Of a DNA stretch of 64,000 nt, positions 40,401-52,866 are shown piece after piece. Source of the stretch: Mytilus edulis. Taxonomy: Eukaryota. Under the pieces are notes generated by a model. That model did no database searches. It saw only the letters and a program-made list of their open reading frames with translations, and was not told the DNA's origin. How positions within the stretch are numbered: the first letter of the stretch is position 1; every line of letters starts with the position of its first letter. The stretch spans positions 72,788,001-72,852,000 of the forward strand of contig NC_092347.1 in assembly GCF_963676685.1 (NCBI RefSeq). The letters are read 5' to 3'. A program made the position numbers and the translations under genes.

Positions 40401-43400
40401 ATTGGCCTGTTGCTTTTAGTATACAAGGAATAGACCAAACAATGAAAACTTCGTATTGACCTATAACCATAAAATCAGTTCAAGGTCAGATGAACCTTGC
40501 CAGACTGACATGTATACCTTACATTAATTGATACACCAAATATAGTTGACTTATTGCTTATTGATTAAGAAAAACAGACCAAAACACAAAAACTAAACAT
40601 TGAGCAATGGACCTTAAAGTGAAGTTCCAGTCAAATAAAATCTAAAATCTTAAGATTACCATTACTTTTTTCAGTCACTGAACCATACTAATAGGTAAAA
40701 GACATGGGACAGACGAGAATTTTAATACACACCACATATGTGTACAAAGTATAAAAGATCCAGGTCTTCTACCATCTAAAATATAAAGTTTTTAATTAGT
40801 TTGTCAATGTCGCCCACAACACCACCGGATCACAATCCCTATGTCTTGCTTTCTTCAGACAGACGTCGCAGGCTCGACAAATACGAAGTCGCTGATCCGC
40901 TGACCAATTTGAGATTAGCTGATTTAAAGACAAACGAAGAAACGTTTTTCGTTTATTTTGTGTTCTTTATGTACAAATGTTTACTAGTTTTGAATAATTG
41001 AATCAGTAAAATTTCGGACAATAAAAGATATCCAATAAAAGAGGGGCGAATGATACCAGAGGAACAGTCAAACTCATATATCGAACCAAAAATAAAAACG
41101 ACATGACTAAAAGAGAAAGAGACAGACAAACAAAAGTCACAAGATACAACACAGACTAAGCAACACGAACCCCACAAAAAACTGAGGCCGATCCTAGGTA
41201 CTCCAGAAGGGTAAGCAGATCATGCTTCACGTGTGGCACTCGTCGGGTTGCTCATGTTAGTACAAACACGGTAATAAGTCTAATGCGGTGGGTCAACGAG
41301 CCAGAGTTGTAAGCAATGCTTTACCAAAATCTATGATTTAGCCTATTAACTATTCCTTAATCTTTTACGTGTAAATAAGGGCAACAGTAGTATACCGCTG
41401 TTCAAAAGTCATATATCGATAGAGTTATAAATCCAAGCTACAAACTAACACATCAACTATATTAAAGGGAAAACACGAATCAACAGAAACACTGCAGTAC
41501 AAAAAGACCAACGACAATGCAACATACTTACATAGAAACTAACTATTAAATAACAACAGCCATATTCCATATTCCTGACTTGGGATAGGACATTTTAAGA
41601 AATTCTTTTGGGTTGAAATAAACTGACAACGCCATGGCTAAAACCGAAAAAGACAAACAGACATACAACTTATTTACACAAAACATCGAAAAATAAAGGC
41701 ATCAGTAGTATACCGTTGTTCAAAAGTTATAAATCGATTGAGAGAAAATAAATTTGAGTTACAAACTAAAACCGAGGGAAATACATCAAGAGGAAAACAA
41801 CGAAACAGCAGAAACACTAAAGTGCAACAAAAACAAACGGCAATGCAACATACAGAGAAACGAATTATAAGATAAAAACTTACATTTTCCTGACTTGGTA
41901 CAGGACATTTTAAGAAAAAAAGGGGGTTGAACCTCGTTTTGTGGCTAGTCAAACCTCGCGCTTTATGGCAATGTTGCATAAGAGTAACAACGGATATGTA
42001 AAATCAATTTAGGACAATACACAATTTAGCATAATAGAAATACGAACCGTGAGTGTCACTAATGTATCCACGTCAACAAAAGTGACGTCACATGTGAATT
42101 TCTAAAACTTAAATATAAATCGCGATTAAGTTTGTTATTATGTTATTTGGTGTATTTTATAACCATAACAAGACTATTAATATAGAATTGTGTTAGTAAT
42201 TGTGCGACTAACTGCACTAACTAACTATGTTTGCCTATGGGAACGAACTTTGCGCCTCTTCTTGCCGACCTATTTTCATATGAATCGGAGTTCCTTCAGA
42301 CCCTTGTCAAAAACAAGAAGATCAAAGAAGCCAGGTCATTTAATTTTTATTTTACAATCCAAACTTTTCTGATTGTGTTTCATTAACATGATTAATATAT
42401 CCCCCAGACCTAGAAATTAAAGAAATAAATAGACAGGGCTTCCTTCGCATCATTTTTAGACTTATACCTCTAATTTTACATACACGGTCATCTCAGTACA
42501 AAATCTATGACAAACGAGACGATTTTAATTTTGACATTTCTTTAGTAGCAATATACAAACTTCACTTGCAAATGGGATATTCATTTTTCAACTTATTCGG
42601 TATTCAAAAGCATACAGCAGCTACTCAGGAAATATGACAGTTGTTGTCCATTCATTTTATGTGTTTGAGTTTTTTGTCGTTTGAGATTTTGTCGTTTGAT
42701 TAGGGACTTTCCATTTTGAATTTTCTTCGGAGTTAAACATTTTTGCGATTTTGCTTTTTTCTTCCAAATCAAATTGTGTAAAAACAAATAAATCCTGTGA
42801 ATATAGAAGATTTAAAATAAATTCATACAAATGATCTGGGTGATTGGTTATCTTTACTTTTACATACGAATACACAATAAAAAAAAAACAGAATTACAAC
42901 TACTGTTTATCGTAATCTATTTATATTTACATACTTATTTAATAAAAATGATATACATGTATATCAATAAACAATATTCAAACTGCCGATACGAGTTGAA
43001 AATAGTTATACTTTGGACAGAATCGTAATATTAACTTTCAAAATATTGGATAATTTTCATAAAAAAAATAAAGCTTTTAACTAAGAATTATATCATAAAT
43101 ATAATTTTTCAAGAGAGATTTAAATGTATCAATTTATTCAGTACATTTTTCTAATATATTGTATAAAAAAATCATAATTAATATTACATTTGACAATTTT
43201 CCAGGTTTGCTGTTTGTAAGGGTTAGTTTTCGGCACAAAACATTTAATTTTCGTTATTAGATTTTGTCATTTTACTAATAAAATCCTGCTTGTTATGTTT
43301 CAAATAATTTGTCAAATTTATCGGTTTCCTGTTTTGAGAATGTTATGACATAATATTGTTTTTTTTTGTTCAAATTACTAATTTCCTGTTATTAAATTTT

Positions 43401-46400
43401 TTAATTTTCCTTATATAATCATGTTTATTCTGTTTTAAATATAGTTATATTGATATAAAAAAAAATAAAGGCAACAGTCCAATACAGCTGTTCGAAATTC
43501 ATAAATCGATTGAGGAAAAAACAAATCCAGGTTACAAACTACAACTGGAGGAAACACATCAAATATAAGAGAAGAACTACGACACAACAGAAACACAAAA
43601 TTAAAATGTAACACACACAGAAACGAACTATAACCGTAATCATCAATTGTCAAAACACATATTACTTTGAAGGCTTTTAGTATATTAAAATTGATGATAT
43701 TATGGACACAACAAAACTCAAATGTAATTGTGTAAAGAAAATCGATTTCGTATTAAAATTACCAGTCATTTTATCGATGGAGCAATTTAACTATATTTAA
43801 AACACCCCTCTTTTCGAATCCCCTTGCAAAAGCCTTTGGATACGCGATAGAAATACTAAATCATATTAGAAACTCGAATTTCAACTCGAACTCTTATTTT
43901 TTTTTAAAAGAATAAAATTCAAAGTGTAACTTGAACTCGAACTCTAACTCATCAAAAGTTAACCCAAAGGAGGAGGTTCAGTAAGACCCATTTTTGACCA
44001 CAAAATATAGCAGTTTTACAAAATTGTGAAAATGTAATCTTTTAGCTATTTATTGGAAAGTAGAATGCTTCTGCTACATAAATTTGGGCTGTTTTTGACA
44101 ATACGATGAACATATATCGGGTACTAGCATCAGTAAGTCATGTTAAATTACTGAAATCTTCACTTAAGCATTTTAGTTAAATTTTAGACGGTTTTCGTCT
44201 TAAATGAAAGTGGCCGCATTCGTGTTCATTCATAATATTGAAATGTAAGTTGTATTTGATAATATTACATAACATATATAAAGGTTGTGGATGAACAAGG
44301 ATGCGGCCACTTTCAATTTTGACAAAAACCATCTGAAAAGTGAGGTTTTTTAGCATATTTGATAGATTTTTCATATTTAGCTTGAATCGAAGCGTTTATA
44401 ATGACTAAGTCAGTTAAAATCTTTCACATTAACTAATTGAATGAATTGAAATAGACAAGTGTTTAAAAAATGTCCAAAATCTTGTGTTAGATGAACTTGA
44501 AATATGAGGCCAAAATCGGCCCTTACCGGACCTACTCCTTTAACGTTGACGTTGAATGGTAACTCAAACTCTACCTTTAAATGTGAAACAAACTCGAAAC
44601 TCAAATCGAACTCAATGCTATTTTCATATTATTTTATATTTTATATTTTTGTTAAGGCTTGAATTCTAACTCTAAGTCGATCGATGGCCAATCTTATCCG
44701 AGTCATATAAAACAAATGACATGGATATCGGTGTTACACATAGAACTAGTAGTTTTTCCAAAATGGTTACTGGGTTTAACCTCGTCAAGTAATATGAAAA
44801 AAAATAATACATAACCATATCAATAATTGGAACGATAGCACCATGCATAGTGTTTAAAATCTTAAAATTGTGAAAAATTATTTTGTAATGTAAAATCCAT
44901 ATAAGGAAACTGCAAATCATCCATGGAAAGAGAGCGACATATTTCTTTCACGTAAAAGTCAACCTTGTAGATTTCGAAAAAGAGCAGGATAATGTACCTA
45001 CAAGGCAGCACTCGCACCTGCAAAATGGAAAGGGATTAATATAAGTCTCAATAACTTCTAAATAAATATGTTTAAACAAACCATCATTACGAAATAAAAA
45101 AAACCATCATGACAAAAAACAACTACATTACGTTAACCCAAAATACATATCAAGTAAAGTTAAAACCATATAACCTAATGACAGAACCACATTAAATAAT
45201 GTTGAAACAACATCCAGTAATGAAAAAATCATATAAACCATCGACAAACATATATCATGTCATACGAAGTCATATCATGTAATATCGAAATATTATTAAG
45301 TAATGACTATTACATATTAAATTAAATCAAAACATGATTACGTAATGTCAAAACCATAACATGTAAAGACAAATATAAACAAGAAATAATAAAACCACAT
45401 AACATTATGTCAGAGTACCACATAAGACATTTTATGTCGACGCTAAAATTACCCTGTGCGCTTTTTTTTTCTCTCTCAAATGTCAAATGCCAGCCCACAT
45501 TACATTTTATCTTTATCGATTATTTTATATCGACCTTTTTCAATAACTAACTGATGCATGAGCACTAATTCAAAATTAATATAGGCTTTTTTGTACTAAA
45601 ATTTATCAACTTGAAATAAATATGCTTTCCTTTTAAAGATGTTTTTTTATCTCTAGTATTTTCTCAGTAATTCCTATATCTACTTATCAAAATATGTGTA
45701 ACCCTAATGATGAAATGTATCTGAACATGTGAATTCAATTAGCACAAAGACTTAATAAATACCAACATTCTATTCAAATGAAATGCATCCGTAATTTAAA
45801 AAGTTGGTCATCGATATACCTTGCTGTTGACGGCTAAATTGTATATTTCTTTTTAAATATGGCATCTTATATAATATGTACTTACATATGTTTGTGATGC
45901 AGGTTTGAGGACAACACTCTTCTCTCAATGAACTGTTTCCCCTTTGACACAAAAGACAAAATTAAAAGGTATATATGAAAAAGTAAATTTAGTCAAAATA
46001 AAGATTGAATGAAAAATTCAATTCGGAATTATCGGAGTTGATTGTAGCGAACTATGTTCCTTTCGATAATTTACTCTTTTTTTTTTGGTAACTCATGAAA
46101 ACAGATAAAAATGTTACATGTTAAAGTTTTATATATCGTTCGGTAAAACCAGCTCTAAAGTCTCATTGGCAATCGTACCTGATGTCCTTATTTCTATATT
46201 GATAAACAGTTGCGCAAATTATTTCATAGTCATGCACGGTGCTTTTGTCGCTATACCAGCGATAGTGGGATGTGTTTAACTTGCTTGCTTCGATATATAC
46301 ATATTGCTTATCTATTTATTTAATTAATTATGCATGAGCTTTATTCATATGGATGCTGTGTATTCTGTCAAATGTGCTTATGACTAATATTGATCTTTTT

Positions 46401-46906
46401 TAGATAGCAATAGATATAAGAAGTTGTGGTATGAGGAATGAGTGTCAATGAGACAACTCTCTATCCAACTCACAATGTATAAAAGTAAACCATTATAGAA
46501 CAAAGTACGGTTTTCAACACGGAACCTTGGTTCACACCGAACAGCAAGCTATAATTTAAGGGCCCCCAAATAACTAGTGTAAAATCATTCAAACAGGAAA
46601 AGCAACGGTATAATCTGATCAACTGCGTTAAGAGCTCTACAGATCGAGCGCATGTTCGCTATGTCAATTAGTACATATCATGTCCGACTCTAAATAAAAT
46701 ATACTTACTTTCATTTGAAATCGAACGCGAGAATTGATTTTTTTTAAAGTCATACTAAGAAATACGATCGCAGTATTAGAAAATAATAAAGAAACATACT
46801 CATCTTCAGATGGCAAAATCTCAGCATAAGCATTCTCTAGATTTGAACCAGAATTGGTCGGTAACTGCAAAAAACTATACATCGCTAGCACTATTACACA
46901 CATCAT
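24765..46906 (-). CDS. Multi-exon gene for a type I membrane receptor: signal peptide, 4 Ig domains (neuroglian/hemolin-like), EGF-like module, Ser/Thr stalk, TM, Tyr-rich tail (about 735 aa predicted)
   Basis: Phase-compatible AG/GT exons: 46906-46800 (tentative), 45833-45820 (tentative microexon), 40244-40133, 39644-39466, 38037-37849, 34975-34844, 33185-33086, 31096-30897, 30252-30094, 28654-28472, 27879-27771, 26664-26591, 25414-24765. The total is 2208 nt, an open frame. Confidence 0.8.
26591..26664 (-). CDS. Ig receptor exon: end of the EGF-like module and Ser/Thr stalk (RCDNVHGCVDIYTSSIVTTTQSTIP)
   Basis: TTTTAG| ... A|GTAAGT; phases match both neighbours. Confidence 0.8.
26990..27350 (+). 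mobile_element. Highly degraded Penelope-like RT relic (another at ~42370-42630)
   Basis: Remnants resembling FQQ..GIPMG.NC and F.Y.DD..SLN. The relic near 42400 reads IYP..LEIK, FLDLYL, YDKRDDFNF and SQLIRYSKA. Confidence 0.55.
27771..27879 (-). CDS. Ig receptor exon: Cys-rich EGF/laminin-EGF-like module (ACPSGFILTNGSNCEPCTENWYGNDCRCVCECNTRQ)
   Basis: TTTTACAG| ... AG|GTAATT; CPxG..C..C...WYGxxC pattern. Confidence 0.82.
28472..28654 (-). CDS. Ig receptor exon: second half of Ig4 (..LTIKNVKYPEDTSSISCETGN..)
   Basis: TTGTAG| ... G|GTAGGT; open frame with Ig F-strand Cys. Confidence 0.8.
30094..30252 (-). CDS. Ig receptor exon: first half of Ig4 (SKPIFQ..GQNAVFKCK..PIWRING)
   Basis: TTAG| ... 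T|GTGAGT; B-strand Cys and C-strand Trp. Confidence 0.82.
30897..31096 (-). CDS. Ig receptor exon: second half of Ig3 (PLPDIEW..LRIKHLNVSDEGTYVCSAIN)
   Basis: I-set motif DxGxYxC; donor T|GTAAGT. Confidence 0.88.
32071..32659. mobile_element. Kolobok-type non-autonomous DNA transposon (MITE) with TTAA target-site duplication
   Basis: TTAA|GGTGGTATGGGTGTCT ... AGACTCCCATACCACC|TTAA: 16-bp TIR with one mismatch and purine termini. Confidence 0.85.
33086..33185 (-). CDS. Ig receptor exon: first half of Ig3 (..KGLLGGDAELQCIFSG)
   Basis: TTTCAG| ... TT|GTAAGT; LxCIFSG resembles neuroglian/L1 Ig3. Confidence 0.85.
33583..34103 (+). mobile_element. Penelope-like element 3' fragment (RT C-terminus plus downstream conserved tail); related tails at ~37430-37765 and, inverted, at ~41040-41290
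   Basis: Translates as QLIRYSRACISYHDFLDR..LLTRKLLNQEF..VKLKSSLR*FYGRHHELVDRYGI, followed by GCCACATGTGGAGCAGGATCTGCTTACCCTTCCGGAGCACCTG. Confidence 0.75.
34844..34975 (-). CDS. Ig receptor exon: second half of Ig2 (GTLHFLYVDLEDG..YACGINN)
   Basis: AATAG| ... G|GTAATG; GxLxF..V...D..YxC as in L1/neuroglian Ig2. Confidence 0.85.
35180..35930. repeat. Dispersed ~750-bp repeat family; other copies at ~36160-36500 and ~50205-50950
   Basis: Shared blocks GTGTCAAAG.GACAAC...CAGCCGAAGGCCACCAA...CCTGACTTGGG.CAGGCGCAAAA...GTATCGTAACTATATCCC. Confidence 0.8.
37849..38037 (-). CDS. Ig receptor exon: first half of Ig2 (..NVSIPC..VEWK..ERIAIDKKG)
   Basis: TTTTTTTCTAG| ... G|GTAAAT; overlaps ORF 37835-38152. 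Confidence 0.85.
39466..39644 (-). CDS. Ig receptor exon: second half of Ig1 (FQWTLNG..GQLTITKP..DFGTYQCFATNKYGTA)
   Basis: TTACAG| ... G|GTATGT; GxYQCFAxNxxGTA is typical of L1/neuroglian/contactin Ig1. Confidence 0.9.
40133..40244 (-). CDS. Ig receptor exon: first half of Ig1 (EEPPLIT..FQCSSSGNPAP)
   Basis: TTTCAG| ... AA|GTAAGT; CxxxGNPxP motif. Confidence 0.88.
43968..44539. mobile_element. Kolobok-like MITE with degenerate TIRs
   Basis: AGGAGGAGGTTCAGTAAG ... CTTACCGGACCTACTCCT followed by TTAA; the left target site is degenerate. Confidence 0.65.
46800..46906 (-). CDS. Putative signal-peptide exon of the Ig receptor (MMCVIVLAMYSFLQLPTNSG...)
   Basis: TGTCAG|GATGATG acceptor, hydrophobic N-terminus, donor GA|GTATGT. 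It needs the 14-nt microexon at 45833-45820 to join Ig1 in frame. Confidence 0.5.
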
Positions 46907-49900
46907 CCTGACACTAATCAAAAATCGAGAAAATCGCAATTGCAACTTATTGTACTTATTTTAATATGTTTTAATTGAACTATTTCCCGGTGACAGTCAT
47001 AGAGTTTTAATGATAATTGTATTAATCATAACATAGAACAAAGTCCACTTAACCTGTAATTGTTTCACTTATTGGTTGAAACATACCGGAATTGAATTAT
47101 CACGATTCTAATAAATTACCAACATTTGTTAAAAAATGTCATCAAATCAAAATGCATCCATAATTCAAAAGTTAGTCATCAATACATCTTCCATTTCACC
47201 TGGAGATGAGGATAGTGGATCGTAACATTTGCTAGCGAAGATGTACATGTACATGTTCTTTTTCCGACGTAGTCGGTATAGTTTCGGTTTTGTGCCCTTT
47301 GAACTTAAGGACGCTTAACTATGGCAACAGAATACGCATCCTCGAAAATCCTTTCTGTGATTGGACAAGATGCTGTCATGGTGGGTGATTTGGTTGTGTT
47401 TGAAAAAAACGTCTCGTTAATTATATCGTGATGGAAAGCAAGGGAAAAACTATAAATACTTGAACTAGATCTTACAAAGATTTATATTTTTATTAAAATA
47501 ATTGTTTCTCCAATAGCTCTTTGCATCCGTGACAGCTGTTTATTCGGGACAATTATATGATTTTTAATGTAAACTTTGTAGTACGAACGTAATGACTTGA
47601 AGAACGCACTTGCGCATGTGAGATTTCCGCGGGGTTTTGGCGAATGTAAACAGAAAGATAAGAGGACTGAGAATACTGAACACAAACAGAGAAAACGTTA
47701 TGTAAATGGTATCTTTGTGCTTCTGAAGGTTATCGAAATGATAGTTTTAAACATATACGTCGGATATCTTTTTTAAAGATAGTTCTTGTTTATGCTATAT
47801 TGTATTTGTTATAGTTTTTAAATATGACATCGTAAACCAAATTTCATGTATTTGTATTTCAAAAACTAGGCATAGTTTTACTATTTGTGGAATTTTGATT
47901 TTTTTTCTAGTATTGTATATGTATAAACTGTATCAACCCACAAATAGTAATCAGATGAAACACTTTTTTAAGGACGGCCGAAACACAATTACGCCATTCC
48001 AGTCCATTTTTGTAATCTATATACTTAATATTACCAATAATAAGTTCATGGTCGAATTCGATACGAAAAGAATATGTCACATGTAGCTTCCGGTTGTAGT
48101 AAGAAACCAGGACAGACTCAAACAGAAATATTTCGAAAGGAGAGAAAGTGTGCACCATATTATCAGCATGACGTTATCAGATGACAAGAATACGAATACA
48201 ATATAGAGAACTGAGGTCTGTCCAGGTATTTCAGATCACGATAATGTTTATGCCGAAGCGACAACAACATTATCAAAATAGTAGAGTTCGTGAAAGTATA
48301 AACCCAGTGATATGGGTTAATGAGGGAGGTTACATACGAGTAAAAGAGGACGGGATTGTGGTTACAACAAATGGAACATGTCAAAATGTGAAACAGATTT
48401 TTCAAATTGTTTTTTTTATTAAGTCCGAGGTACTATATCAGGGAATGTAATAGATAAAAAAAATCTTGGTATTCGTATATGTTCAAATGATCATGCACGC
48501 TATAACAAAATGGTGAATTTATATTTTAAAGGTGTCACACATTGCGCAGGATCTGGTAACCCTTTCAAAGCACCCGATATCACCCCCGGATGTTGATGGA
48601 TTTATATATCTCAGTCATACTGATCTATTCAGTTGAGCTTATAGCAACTGTTGCTTTTTTTTACAGTTTTGTCTTATGTTGTCACGACCCAGCTGCTTTG
48701 TTCTACCGGGGCTAATCTGAGCCTTATATTGTCCTAGGTTAGGAATGGGAATGAGCATTCACAGACATTTTTAACTGCTTCACATTCTTTAAGCACTCAC
48801 AGACATATTAAAGTTCGTCCCATTCTTTATGTACCTGTCCCAAATCAGGAGCCTTATAGCATATCAATCATATATAACTATAGGCCTTCAACACACTATA
48901 TTGTCGGTTATTAAGGTCACCACGTTAGGTATAATACATTCACTGCATTTACACACTGTTGGCTGGATAGTTGTCTCATTGGCAAACACACCACATTCCC
49001 TACTTTATATATATTTTTATGTTGTGGCTTGTATACTGTGACATAGTTATTTTTTGTACGCATACACTAAGCCCTTATCGTTGGAAGCCCAAGTAAAACC
49101 CCTTGATCTCAGATAAAAAAAAAATGAAATCATATTCATAGCTATAGATAACTCGAATTTCAACTCGAAATCTTAAATTCGAAACGGTCTAACTAGAACT
49201 ACTTAAAACCCTCAAAAGGCTACTCAAGTTCAAAGTTGAAGCTGAGAGTTTGAAGACGAATTGTAAATAAACTCATCATAGATATCAAGATTAAGTTTTG
49301 TATTTACGCCAGACGCGCGTTTCGTCTACAAAAGACTCATCAGTGACGCTCGAATTCAAAAAGTTTAAAAAAGCCAAATAAAGTACGAAGTTGAAGAACA
49401 TTGAGGACCGAAATTCTTAAACGTTTAGCCAAATACAGCTAAGGTAAAAATATTCCTGAGGTAGAAAAGCCTTAGTATTTCGAAAATTCAAAAGTAGTTT
49501 TTTAAACAGTTAATTTATTGATATAACCATATCAGTGATAATTCATGTCAGCTCAGAAGTGCTGACTACTGGGCTTGTAATTCAACTTTACTTTTTAATG
49601 TGAATCAAACTCGAAATTCAACTCGAAACCCAATGCTAACTCAAAGTTTAATTCTAAAATGGTTTGAATTCTATTTTTAAATCGAAGACTTATTCGAAAT
49701 ATAACTCGAACGGTAACCCGACCTTTAATCTGAACTCTTACTCGATTGATTACTACATTTCAACAAAGATATCAGTTTTTCCCAAATAGTAATGTGGTTT
49801 TACTCCATCAAGTAAATGTGCCACATCTATATTAACTGGAACGAACACATCATGTATTGTAAAATCGTCACATTTTGAAACATCATTATGTACATTTGTA

Positions 49901-50952
49901 AATAATTGGCAAATCATCATTATGAATTAACGAAATCATACCATGTAATGAAACAACTGCATGTTACACATCAAGTAATTATAAAATTAAAATATCATTG
50001 CCTAATGACGTCGACACAACCATATTTAATAATGGTGAAACCACATCGAGTAATGACAAAAACTTATTAAGTAATGGCAAAAACTATATCAAGTCAATAC
50101 GAAATCATATCATGTAATGTAGAAATGTCTTTAAGTATAATGACTATTCCATATTGAGTTATATCATAACATGATTAAGTATGATGTCGAAAACGATATA
50201 ATGTAAATAAAATTGAGAAAGGAAATGGGGAATGTGTCAAAGCGACAACACTCCGACCATAGAGCAGACAACAGCCGAAGGCCACCAATGGGAATTCAAT
50301 GTAGCAAGAAACTCCCGCACCTGTAGGCGTCCTTCAGCTGACCCCTTAAAAGTATGTATACAAGTACAGTGATAATGGTCGTCATACTAAACTCCGAATT
50401 ATACACAAGAAACTAAAATTAAAAATCATACAAGACTAACAAAGGCCAGATCGAGGCTCCTGACTTGGGGCAGGCGCAAAATTGCGGCGGGGTTAAACAT
50501 GTTTATGAGATCTCAAACCTCCTCATATACCTCTCGCCAATGTAGAAAAGTAAACGCATAACAATACGCACATTAAAATTCAGTGCAAGAGAAGTCCGAG
50601 TCCAATGTCAGAACATGTAACAAAAGAAAATCAATAAAATGACAATAATACATAAATAACAACAGACTATACTGGCAGTTAACTGACATGTCAGCTCCAG
50701 ACCTCAATTAAACTGATTGAAAGATTATGTCTTAATCATATGAATATTAGGCCGTTAGGGGTTTAGTATCATACTATCATAAAATATATGAGAAGAACAT
50801 AACCTGTGTCATGCCAACAACTGTTTTTTTTAAAATAAATGTGTTTAGTTCCGATGCAAAGACCCTATATATATATATATAAGTGAATCAATATTAAAGC
50901 CAAAATATGCAATCTGTAATGACCTGACAACAGTATCGTAACTATATCCCTA

Positions 50953-51210
50953 TATGAACAGGAGAGCAGCTAGGTTCGTGTACAATGAATACCAAGATGT
51001 ATCAGCGGGTTGTGTCAACTCTCTAATGGAGAAATATATGGGAACCACTTAAAGATTGTCGCTCCAACGACCACCTAACCATGGCCTACAAGATACAAAA
51101 CATATTGGTAGACATTAACCCATCTAAATATTACAAACCCTGGATTCACAGACCAGAGGAGGTTAACGAATATACCAGAGACATATTTCTCTGAATATAC
51201 CAACATCGTA
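50953..51210 (+). mobile_element. Degraded non-LTR retrotransposon ORF2 C-terminal relic
   Basis: Reads RRAARFVYNEY..GCVNSL...LTMAYKI, with frameshifts. Confidence 0.5.
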
Positions 51211-51659
51211 CTCTATAAAAAAAAAAAACAGTACTTACATCCCAGCTCCTTTGTTCAACCTGGGGTGATCTGAGACGGATCATCCCTACCATATCACCCT
51301 AGCTTGAGTTTCTTTGTTTTGCATGCTTTTCCTTTGTTTTGTAACATTTTGGCGGGAATGTCCAATCCACAATTAAACTTGGAACTATTATTATTTATAC
51401 AGAAAATTCTAACTTTCAAAATGTATGTAGAAGAGGGCCCCCTCTAAGCCAGTCAGTGGGCCCACACTTATTAAAATTTTGGATCCACCACTGTATATAA
51501 TGATATACAATGTATCATCTAAAAACTACTGGGATGTAAACTGGTAATTAGCTACAGTCGTTTAAAAAAACGGCAATATACCAAACGGTCAATATTAATC
51601 ATCCATGTAATTTGTTCCATGGCATGGGATATTTGAAGAATTTCAACTGAGGAAATTTC

Positions 51660-51990
51660 TTGGCATGTCAAGTATAACATTGGCGTGTTAATTGTTTCTG
51701 GATTGTCATCTCCGGAATTGAAACAAGAGCCATGACAGCGGTTTTAGAAAGAGAAGAAAATCTATCATTAATGCCAGAAATCAGTTCATCAATATACGGA
51801 ATACAGAGTGAACGTATAATTAAACAGCAGGCTAGCGTTTCACAAAAAATCGTGTGTTTCTCCAGGAACATTACAGCGGTTTCGTTGCCTGTCGCATGTT
51901 CTGGGTACAAGAAGCTCGATATCATGCTCCTTTCCCATCATATCGATTCAGCCAATTCGGCTGAAAAAGGCTATTCTTTCCGGCATATTT
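51660..51990 (-). mobile_element. Degraded hAT-like transposase relic
   Basis: IPYIDELISGINDRFS resembles the conserved segment preceding the hAT dimerisation domain. Confidence 0.5.
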
Positions 51991-52766
51991 GTTTTTAATT
52001 TATAGTTTATTCTTACAAAAACCAATGTCGTTTGTACTTATATGTAAGTCGGATGTTGTTTCTTTAATCCGATCACTTTTATTCGTATCAATGCAAGGTC
52101 CATTACAAGTAGTTGTTACTTCAGAGGGGGCTGGTTTGTGGCGTTTCCTGAAGGAAAGAGGGTAAAAGTTACCGTTACAAATTGAAATGATCGGACAGAT
52201 GATAGAATGGGATTCGATATGATATATTTATGTGACTTAAAAACTTTAAAATTATATATGAATTTTGGGATCACAGTAAAAAAAACATTTATTGCTCGAG
52301 AAAAGTTATCATACAAAAATTTAGATAAACATAATGTAAATAAAAGTATAAATTACCTGCTAAAAACATCTAAGATTGAGGGCAATAGTCTTTTCATGTT
52401 TACATTTTGCAGTGGCTTGACTGGTATTGTTGCTCTCCATCAATTGCAACTCATTCAAAATTTTGACCAAATTGCAATTTGTTTTATTAAACCAAATTGA
52501 TCAACTGGTCAGAATATTGAACAAATTGCTCAGTCAAACTATAGAAGTGCAAGGTGATAAACTAAAACATACGTACAATCCTAAATGTTTTTGTCCACTT
52601 TAACGTTGTTGTGACAATATTAGTCTATCAGTTTGTATAGGTATATTATAGTCATTACCATGTTGAAGGTGAACTGTTATTATTTTGAATTGCTATAAAA
52701 ATGTCCAAACTAAGCTTTCGTATAGTTTTTCTTTCTTAAAGTATTCTACATTCATAAGAATCAGAT

Positions 52767-52866
52767 NNNNNNNNNNNNNNNNNNNNNNNNNNNNNNNNNN
52801 NNNNNNNNNNNNNNNNNNNNNNNNNNNNNNNNNNNNNNNNNNNNNNNNNNNNNNNNNNNNNNNNNN
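52767..52866. other. Assembly gap (100 N)
   Basis: Run of N. Confidence 1.

Noticed and set aside
24765-46906. Calling the Ig gene neuroglian/L1CAM or hemolin
   Set aside because: It lacks Ig5-6, FN3 repeats and the FIGQY motif, and it has EGF and TM parts that hemolin lacks, so no gene symbol was assigned.
47240-47660. Promoter-like motifs (ATTGG, TGCGCATG, TTTTGGCG) upstream of the receptor's first coding exon
   Set aside because: The location is plausible, but these are short motifs without supporting evidence.
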